Source: Camelus ferus (lineage: Eukaryota). From it: a stretch of 64,000 nt of DNA. The position numbers were made by a program, and so were the translations under genes. Shown here piece after piece: positions 54,933 through 64,000 of this stretch. The DNA is taken from positions 95,482,001 to 95,546,000 of the forward strand of contig NC_045696.1 of assembly GCF_009834535.1 (NCBI RefSeq), read 5' to 3'. Positions within the stretch are counted from its first letter, which is position 1, and each line of letters opens with the position of its first letter. The notes beneath the pieces were generated by a model. That model ran no database searches. It was not told the origin of the DNA and saw nothing but the letters and a program-made list of their open reading frames with translations.

Positions 54933-55451
54933 TGACCAAATTTGTTTTGGGTTTTGTCCCAACCTGCGCAAGTAGTAACTTAGTACCCTGGGCCTTGCCT
55001 GTCAAACATTGCTAGTAATACCCAGGGTTGCTTCACATGTACTTGGAAGCTGGTTCTACAGTGACATCCACTGTCCCCCACCAGGCTGACACCAGGATTA
55101 CTGTGTCCATCGTGAATGTTGCTCTCCTGTAGCAGAATGGCCTCTGCTGCTGCTCTAATGCAGCTACTCTAGACAACACCGTGATGTACCGGGCTGAGCC
55201 TGGGTGGTGCTGAGGAGAAGGCTGTGCAGAAGTGAGAAGGCTTCTCATCTCTCCCAACCAATTTTATGCTGTGTTACTGGAGATGTCAACAGCTCTGCTT
55301 GTGTTCCCATATCTCAAGGGTTTTTCACGAAAATAATTCTTGTAGACCCTCTGCCCCCTGAGATCAGATTCCATACCATGGGGGTTATCTTTATTTTTCC
55401 AGTCTTCTCAGTCACAGCAGATAACAATCTCCATTCTCTTCATTTCTGACA
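54933..55451 (+). mobile_element. Possible old solo LTR, family unresolved
   Basis: GC-elevated ~520-bp block bounded tgac...tgaca in AT-rich surroundings; no TSD seen. Confidence 0.3.
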
Positions 55452-56024
55452 GACAACAGGACAAACACATGACTTCAGGGAGTTGCCCTTTACTCTCACC
55501 TTCCAGCCCATTCAGCTCTCCAACCAGATCATAGACATGGCCACCTGGGCTGAAGGTACAGAGTCTGCAACACATTCTTTACACATTTCAGCCTCAGAAA
55601 GATTGTAAGCCCTTGAGAACATGAAACAAGACTCTTTTCTGCATTGAATCAGAACTAAAAAATAAATTTAAACCAATTCACAGGCCAACCACTTAATTCT
55701 AAAGATAAGCAAATTATATGATCTGTTAAGAACTGTCAAGATTTTACTCTATTTGCAAGCTAGCAAGTCAACCTGCTACTGTATCATGGAAACTGGCAGA
55801 AATTCTAAGACGCCAGGGTCAGAAGGAAAACAATTCTCACGACACAGCAAGAAGCATAAGCTCACGTTTACATCATGCAGCTACTTTAGACAATACTGAG
55901 ATGTACATGGCTGAGCCTTCATGGTGCCAAGGAGGGGGATGTGCCGCGCACACGAGGCGATGCATTTTGTCACAGCTGAGAAGCCCCAAGCTTAGGGAAT
56001 CCTACTATTTTATAATGGGTTGCA

Positions 56025-56445
56025 GAGCCTGGATGGACCTGGAGATCATCATTCTAAGTGAAGTAAGCTAGAAAAAGAAAATACCATATGGTATCCCCTA
56101 TATGTGGAATTTTTTTTAAAAAGACACAAATGAACTTATTTACCAAACAGAAGACACACAGACATAGAAAACAAACTTATGGTTACCAGGTGGGGGCAGG
56201 GTGGGGGGAAGGGAGTGGGATGGGATAAATTGGGAGTTTGAGATTTGCAGATACTAATTGCTACATATAAAATAGATAAACAACATGCTTATACTGTATA
56301 GCATAGGGAAATATATTTAATATCCTATAATGAAAAAGAATGTGAAAAGGAATATATGTATGTATATGTACGACTGAAACATGCTGCACACCAGAAATTG
56401 ACACATTATAAACTGACTACACTTCAATAAAAAAAAAAAAATTAG
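56025..56445 (+). mobile_element. Young 5'-truncated L1 3' end
   Basis: tggatggacctggagatcatcattctaagtgaag...acttcaat plus poly(A); TSD aatgggttgca at 56014-56024 and 56446-56456 (15 bp with 1 mismatch if extended). Confidence 0.93.
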
Positions 56446-56559
56446 AATGGGTTGCACGGCAGCCTGCCCAACTTTTGCCCAGAGGATAACAACGTCATAC
56501 TGGAGAATAGACAAACTTACCCTCTGCTCTAGGGGAAGACTCTCCTAACTTCCAAGGCT

Positions 56560-56693
56560 CGGGAAGGGTATAGCTCAAGTGGTAGAGCACATGCTTTAAC
56601 ATGCATGAGGTCCTGGGTTCAATCCCTAGTACCTCCTTTAAAAAAAATTAACCTAATTACCCAACCCCACCGAAAGAAAAAAAAAAAAAAAGA
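56560..56693 (+). mobile_element. tRNA-derived SINE, camelid Vic-1-like
   Basis: A box tagctcaagtgg 56571-56582, B box ggttcaatcc 56616-56625, poly(A) tail, perfect 15-bp TSD ctaacttccaaggct at 56545-56559 and 56694-56708. Confidence 0.93.
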
Positions 56694-57789
56694 CTAACTT
56701 CCAAGGCTGTTTGCAAATGTACTTGGAAAGGTCATCTTTTCAAGGCCCAACAAAGGCCACTAGTGCCTCTACTCACAAGACACACAGAAACTCAGGACAA
56801 CTGTCTCCCAACAGTATCATGAGTAAAAGTAACCTTCTCATAGTCCCAGAGTTAGTAAACACCAGGGCCAGAACTCAGGTCGTTCAACACAGGATCCTGT
56901 AATTTTGTCAAGGAAACAGCAACTGAAAAGGACTAGGATAGTATTAGTTTAGTTTTGTTGATTAACATGGCTGAGGACAAGTGAGAGCTTTCCAAAATAT
57001 ATTTCAAAAGTTTCAATATCCCTGTGGTTATCCATAGACAATATTAATTGTATAAATTCCAAGCTCTTTTTTTTTCAAACTTCTACAGGGTTAATATACT
57101 GACAAAATTTAAAACAAACAAGTTAGCAAAACAAATAAGCAGTTAACAGCAAAGACAAGTATTGGTTTACTCCCACTTGTGTAGCTAGGACATAAATAAG
57201 ATCTGTCTTTAAATCATAAAATCAACCTCTACTAGAATTTATAGACTTTAATCAGAGATTTTCACATGTGAACTATGTTATGTCCAAGTCCTGGAGCCTG
57301 AGAGCCTCAGCTCTATTTTTCTGCAGGCATATTTTAGAAAGAAATTGTCAGAACAAAACACAAACTCATTAACTGAGGAGTTCATATTTTATGAAATAAT
57401 GTCTAGAAAAAAATGCACCAGAGTTAAACAGCTAATATTACTGTGAGCAACACACTCTTTTCAGGAGTGTTACTCAGACTGCTACTGGGTGTAGCTCAGT
57501 ACCTTATTGTAAGGCGAGGAGAAATCATTGACAGGGTCATTGGGAGTTTTTCACTGTTAACTCATTATGTCCCAGTGTGAAGAACTGTTTTATGATGGCT
57601 CAGCATACAATTCTATTCTCTCCCTTAAATTATATTCTTTAAGATACTGCCCAGAGTCACTCTATGTATGAAGTCCAAACAATGAATAAGAGGTAAGTAC
57701 AAGCTAATGGATGCCTGCAGGTGTGTTAGGAAGAACCCTGGACTGAGAATAAGGAATTTGGGGGTCAATTTCAGTTCCTAAAACATGAT

Positions 57790-58245
57790 CATAAGCAGAT
57801 AAATAAAAGGACTAAACAAGCATTTAGCCACCTTTTCTATGTAAATTGTACCTAATTTTAACCAAAGAGTTGATGAATGTTAAATATTGAGTTGATGAGC
57901 ATGTTAAACGACACCACAGAATGCAATTAACAAAATTTGGAGTGTAAGATCCTCTACAGAATGTGAATAACTTCCTTTTTATTAACAAATAATTCGCAAG
58001 GAGAGAGAGAGAGATTTAATTTATACGACACTGCTTAATTGCACTGTAAGATCCTTACTTGGATTTCAAAAAATTAACCTAAAAATTAAAAATTTTAATG
58101 AGTCTATTAGGAAGTTTGATAGACTTTACAAAGTATTGTCATTTTTAAGGTATAATTATGAAATTGTGGTTAAGTTTAAAAGAATTCTCTTTTTTTAGAG
58201 ATATAGACAAATATTTATAGATAAAATAATGTGCTGTCTGGAATA
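57790..58245 (+). mobile_element. L1MC4/5-like 3' fragment
   Basis: aaacaagcatttagccacctttt; aaccaaagagttgatga; ttttagagatatagacaaatatttatagataaaataatgtgctgtctgg. Confidence 0.65.
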
Positions 58246-61093
58246 ACAGACCTACCACCAACTGCCCAATTAATTACAAATGTCTCAGGCTCCCTTCTAC
58301 CTTTTGTATCTATTGACTTTGGGAGTCAGGGAAGGAGGAAGCCCAAGTCCTTTCATGCCTCTGAAAACTGCCCATGGCTTTCCTCCTGGAATCACTGTAC
58401 CTTTTCCTGCATTCAGTGGTACTTAGCTTAGAAACCTTCATGATCCACGTGGAACAAACTCAGTATTAAACAGAAGTGTATCAAACTCTAACTTAAAGGT
58501 CTGTAAATGAAGCTTTTCCATACTGTACAGAAAATCATCAGCAATGTATGATATTAAAAAAAACCAACTAGGGCAATTTTGCTTTTGAATTATTGTGAAA
58601 TTTACTGAGTGGCTAATAGTTGCCCCCACCTTAGATTTTTATTGACTTAAGGGTATAACTGAAACATCACTACCTTTTTTGACCATTATATTAGGCTCAT
58701 GCTAAAATAAGTAACCCATGTAGCTATGAAATAAAGCAACCAAGAGTCTGGGAGGGAGACCAGATGTCAATATCTGTAGAATCCTGCAGGTCTAACCCAT
58801 GAGATTTAGGGGAGCAAAATATAGAGGTGATACAAATTTTTACTGTTGGCAATACTAGTTTGCCATCAGTTTAAAGTTGTTATCACTAACATTTGGTGGT
58901 CTCACTTCACCTAATTGTCAATCCTTGAGGAGCAGAGTGAATTAGAGGAGTACAAGGTAATTAGCACCATGGGAAAAAATAGTCAACATTAGAGAAGTAT
59001 AAAATGAATTGAATTTTTAAACCAAAAAAAGGGGCGGTTACTCTTCTAAAACAAACTTAAAATTACTCTTTTTAAATAGCAAGTATAAGAATGTCATTGG
59101 GAGATCCATATTAGACTTTGATGAGGGTAGTGTAACCTTTTTTTCTTTTTTCTTTTTTCATTTTGAGTTAGAAAAGTGTTATTCTGAGGGACAGAATAAG
59201 CTCCTCCATAACAGAGGACCAAAAAAAAAAAAAAAAAAAACGTACAGGCTGTGTTCGTGTTTCTCAGTGCTCTATGTACCGGGCATTTTGTTCAGACTAA
59301 TGTTGAAATGGAACAGGATAACCCTTGTTATTACTGGCTTCTGCTGGCCCTGGAGAAATCAGAAATGACTGTTCACTTCACGTGGAGGATTTCCTCTCGT
59401 CAAGGATCCAGGAGAAAACAGTCACTCCTTGGATTACTTTAGTTGCTGATGTCAACATGGAAAATGACCTATCTAGAGTGAACAATAGAGAGATAAAAGA
59501 TAGATAAATATTTTACATGACTTGTAAGTGTCCCTCAGTATTCGGTTTAGGTTAATCTGGGGTCTGACTATAACAGCAGCAAATAAGGGTTCTGGTGCTG
59601 TGGGCACACAAAAATCTTTTGCTGAAAATCATGACATATACACCAGATGCAATATAACTTACTGTTCAAAGTCAAACTCTTGGGAATAAAATGAGGAGCT
59701 ATTCATAATTTTGTTGAGACTATCCCAGACAGACCTTGACGTATGATCGCCTTTTATACAGTTATCCTAAATGCATCCATCCACCAAATGTTGAGAGAAA
59801 TATATTGTGCCAAATTCTACCCATCTTAGTATGTGTTTTTGGATAACAAAATGTACTCAAAGTCAATATCTTATCCCATTTGATTTGACCAAAGATTATT
59901 TTTTATGCTGAGCGTTATAATTTAAGGGCAAAATTAGATTTTTTGATATATCTTACCTAATAAAACCTAATTAATAGAAGTGATCATCAGACATAGTAAC
60001 AGATTGGTCAGATAAGCTAAAAAATGAGGTTACCTGCCAAAAATAATTTTATCCTTAAATTGATTTATCTCTTCTTTAATTGCTTTTGCATCTATTGCCA
60101 GAACTGTACAGTTTAACACTAGAGTGATCAAATCCAGCTAACTCATTTTGCAGAAGAGCAAGTCACTTACCTTTCTCAGAACTGTAGAATGTAGCCTGGG
60201 TTGGAAGCCAGGCAGTTCTTACCTTGGAAGCTGCCTGTCTCACTGTGCTCTGTCGTCAATACTCTGTACCTACAGGATGGGGCTTTCTGTACCTGTTTTG
60301 TGCCCCACTGATATCAGAGCTCGGTATATCTTTGAGTCCCTGTGAAGAATGAGAAGAGTACATATTTTATTGAGAATTCCATAGAGGAGACTGATGAGAA
60401 ACTTAACAATGGACACCCCCAGCTAACAAACTAGGTTTCTTCTATTAGACAAGCCATGTAGTAGACATTTTTGGAACCCTCTAGTATCAGGTTTTCCTCT
60501 CACTTTGGACATTTGGAAATATTTACATCCCAGTCCCCTTGCATTTAGTGAGATCTCGTGACTGGTTTCAGTCAAGAAGCTATAAAGAAGTGAAATGTGT
60601 TTATCACAAATATGAGACCCTGGACTCTCTCTTCCCCAGGTACAACAATCATGAGAAAGCCTTAGGTTCTGAGGGCAGAGACAAAAGATGGAAGTGGACT
60701 GGTTTGCTGAGTCACCACAGCAATTGACTGGATAGCTGCCCAGGCCCATGGGGTGATTTGTGGGGACCTTCATTGTGTTAAGGCTCTAAAAGCCCTGAGG
60801 TGTGAGGTTGTGTGCTGCCTCAGCCTAACTTAGCTCATCCTGCCAAGGACCTGTCTCTGCTCCAGACCTTCTCTGCCCTCGTGCTACCACGATTCTGTTT
60901 TTCTGTTTTCTTCACAGAGTCCAATAGCCTCGAGATTCTTCCTCCCAGATATCTCCTCTAGCAGTTCACATTTTTCCTTCCTTTACTGGGTAGGGCAGTT
61001 CATCTCTATCTTCGAGCTTACACCCCGAAACCATCACTATGCTTATCTAAATAAAAGGGACCTCCAGTTTCCTCCATAGAGTGGAATTTCTCT

Positions 61094-61096
<3 letters not shown>

Positions 61097-61142
<46 letters not shown>
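61097..61142. repeat. (TG)23 microsatellite preceded by short (TC)n
   Basis: Direct read. Confidence 0.97.
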
Positions 61143-61143
<1 letters not shown>

Positions 61144-61254
61144 TGTATTAACACAGTGTGTGTAAGCAGTATAGTATTCTGTAATTATTCTATGAATAAT
61201 TTTTTCTATTATCTTTTACTAAATCAGACTGCAGGTCTCTTGAGGAGGAAAGTT

Positions 61255-61411
61255 GTTAAGTGAGATTCCATGGATAAGGTTAAAGTTCTACGAATCCCTT
61301 GAAATGGTAGGGTTTTGTTTTGTTTTGTTTTTTGGTGTCTATGCATACGTGTACTTCTAGTTTTCATCGGATTTCTAAAGGGGACCTTGAATTAAAAATT
61401 AGGAACCACTT
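61255..61411. mobile_element. hAT-Charlie MITE remnant (MER103/MER112-like)
   Basis: tccatggata...gaatcccttgaaat...ttttcatcggatttctaaagggg...ttaggaaccact. Confidence 0.55.
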
Positions 61412-62414
61412 GTGCAGGATCAGCCTAAGTTTGAAAAGAAGGAAGAGTTTACCACGGTCCTGATTCCAGCCCTGATACTGGTAACAATTTAGCATGACCA
61501 GAGGAATCGGTTACTCACCGCACCTACTTCACAAGAGTCTGAGGCATACAAACCAGAAAGCTATTAATTAGTGTGATCAGAACTACATCTACTGGGTACA
61601 CAGGACAATGACAGGACAGGATATTGTCCTATTTGTTTTCTCCATTTAAGTAAATTACAAAAGACAGAGTATGGGCTTTTTTTCTGACTAGGGAATCAGC
61701 CTTCACTAGAGAGATTGCTGTCAGATGAACTACGGCACAGTTGGCCTGGAAGACAGCCTTTCCCTTGGACCACATATGGTTGGGCAAAGCCAACGACTTC
61801 TCTCTCCTCTCCCCCTTTCCCTCCCTCTTTCCCACGCGTCCCCACCCTTACTCTTCTCCTTCTTCTCTACTTCTAGGCTGGCCAGCACTTATTCTGGGAG
61901 ATTCAGTGTGGCGTGTACAGCCAGACCTTGAAAAGTTTGGATGTCATTCTGTTATATTAAGATAATCTCTGCTTTGATCTCGTGAATGGATTTACAATTT
62001 ATAATTTAATGCTCAAACACTTGCTCAGGTGTTTATAAGGCTAAATGTCAGAGGATGAAGTGAGAGAAATGGAAAGGAGATGCAGCCATGCGTCAGAAGT
62101 CTGCCAAATATCTTTGCACCAAGGGAATCTGCTTGTTTTCTTCTGTGAAATTTAACCAACTTGGCTTCTTCCCATTTTTATTTGGGATTTCGTCTTTTTT
62201 TGGTATTGACCTTTGACAACATAGACATACATGAGTAGCTGGATCTATTGCTGCTCTTACACAACAGTCACCTAATTTTGGTAAAGGTACTGAAGAACGA
62301 AGATCTTTTAATTTGAAATTGAGATTGTATAAATACCATGGGTATTTTTAATATGAAACAATATCAGGATGCTTCTTTCAATTGTTGTCATAATTCAAGA
62401 GATTCTGCTTTTCA

Positions 62415-62500
62415 TAGAACTTTGGGCAAGAACACTGCTTCTAAGCCTCACATTCCTCATCTATAAAATGGAGGTAATAACAACAATAATCTCTAAAGTT
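62415..62500 (+). mobile_element. MIR core fragment
   Basis: ctttgggcaag...ctaagcctcacattcctcatctataaaatggaggtaataac. Confidence 0.8.
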
Positions 62501-63229
62501 GATAATGATAGTAGCTGGTTGGCTTTAGAAGTTCTATCCTTTCTCTCCAAATCCTTGTGAAACAAAAGATTAGAGCAACTATTAGATTAGATTAGATAGA
62601 TCCAAGCAAGTATCAGTTTTATTTTTCAGTTTTATTACTGGAATCCTTAATCAGCTGAATAAAGCATTTGGCTCTTGGCATAGTGTTAATCTCATTTATC
62701 AGTATTTGTACCTATTAATTCAGTATTTATTATTGAAAAATAAAATTCTTTCCCCTTAATTTATGTTTAAATTTCTAGATTTTTAATTCTTTATGATTTG
62801 GGTATTTGCTATGATAATGGGAGAAAGTGAAGATTATTGAGACCTTTTTTCTGATCTGCTGGGGCTCATGGTTCTAGTGTAGGCTTTTTCTGAAAACAGT
62901 TCAAGGCTAAAAACAAAAGGCTTTAGACTCCAGGATTAAATTTTGCTAAAACAAGCAGTGCTGGAATGGCAACTATACTAAAAAGAAGAGACAGCAAAAG
63001 GAGAGAGACAGCAAAAATTAGGGGTGCACAGAGCTCAAGAGGGCACAACTATCCCTTCCTATCTTCACTCATGGAGTCTGGGAACGCATGCACCGTTTCT
63101 CTGTTTCCTATACACTTATGGTGCAGGATCTGTTCCACAACTAGATCTGGAATGAATGACTTTTTTTTTTTTTAAATGTGAAAGCTACTTAGCCCTACAC
63201 CAGAAATTGTGTTGATGTTGCAGGTTACA

Positions 63230-63960
63230 CAAAAGTTGGGTAGGGAGAAGGCAGAAAGCTGGATCAATCTGTAGACCCATGGGTTGAAGGGGCATAGATT
63301 TTTGATATCCTGTGGGTAGAGAGTGCCCAAGGCAACTGGGGCTTTAGGCACCCTGCAGGTACCACAAGATGACTGTCCACAGGAGCAGTGAGAATAACCC
63401 AGCATCAAGAGTCAGTGGGGTGAACCACCCACTGGAGAGTGAGAGGGAGGAAGAAGCTTGCAGTATCAAGCACATCAGGAAAACTATCAGTGGAGGACTT
63501 CAAAAATCAGCAAATGCATAGGGCTTATAAAAGGACTAGTATTTGAGCACTGATCACACTGTGGCATCCAAGGTCAGCTGTGGTGAGCAGAAGAAGAGGG
63601 CTGTAAACCCTACTGCTACTAACAAGGATGCGCCAGACCTAAGTTAAACAACCTTCTTCCTTACCACCTCCCCCTTACCACTAGCACAGTTGCTGGCATA
63701 GAGAATAATAAAATTTAGTATGATTGATTAAGTACACAGAAGGAGATTTAGATTTTAATAAAGCATTTGGTCTTGAAGTCACTGAACTGGACTGAACATA
63801 TCAGAATGGCCTGAAAACCTGCTAGCAGGAAGTTAATTTTTATCATTACTCACCCCTAGTACACCTAGCCCCTGGGGATGAGGGCTTAACAAAATAAACA
63901 TTGTTATTAGTGATTTGAGATAGACTTGAGATTCTTCAATCATATCTGTAATGCTTTACA
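63230..63960 (+). mobile_element. Possible ancient LTR (MamGypLTR-like)
   Basis: actgaactggactgaac, aataaa, ending catatctgtaatgctttaca; highly degenerate. Confidence 0.35.
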
Positions 63961-64000
63961 AAGATTCACTTTTTAAATATTCATTTTTCTACACAATGTT

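Larger units (their letters stand above)
55724..56813 (-). mobile_element. ERVL solo LTR, LTR47-like, with two nested insertions
   Basis: Reverse complement starts tgttgggagacag...gtcttgtgagtagaggcact...aaacagccttggaag; + strand has ttgcaagctagcaagtcaacctgc...catggaaactggcagaa; TG/CA termini, flanks tgatc/gtatc. Confidence 0.75.

Noticed and set aside
59246..59510. Minus-strand exon after a strong polypyrimidine tract and AG at 59474-59473
   Set aside because: Stops in all three frames and only weak donors; a lncRNA exon cannot be excluded but is unsupported

Overview
AT-rich, CpG-depleted mammalian genomic DNA, non-coding (intergenic or deep intronic). Two tRNA-derived SINEs of Vic-1 type and the style of the young L1 3' ends point to a camelid (camel/alpaca/llama); this is an inference. 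I found no recognisable host protein-coding exon, RNA gene, CpG island or CRISPR-like array. ORF-track entries are chance ORFs, microsatellite read-throughs, or decayed L1 ORF2 / Tigger1 transposase pieces. A large share of the window is transposon debris: L2/MIR, old L1M elements, many MaLR/ERVL solo LTRs, DNA transposons (Tigger1, MER5A, MER20, MER91) and five younger L1 3'-end insertions. I see no convincing novel biological system. The best-supported observations are about retrotransposition mechanics: two 5'-inverted (twin-primed) L1s with TSDs, three independent L1 breakpoints within about 11 nt of one consensus position, a likely internally primed 3'-truncated L1, and an LTR47-like LTR carrying nested L1 and SINE insertions. 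Repeat subfamily names come from remembered consensus sequences and need RepeatMasker/Dfam confirmation. Boundaries without a TSD are approximate.
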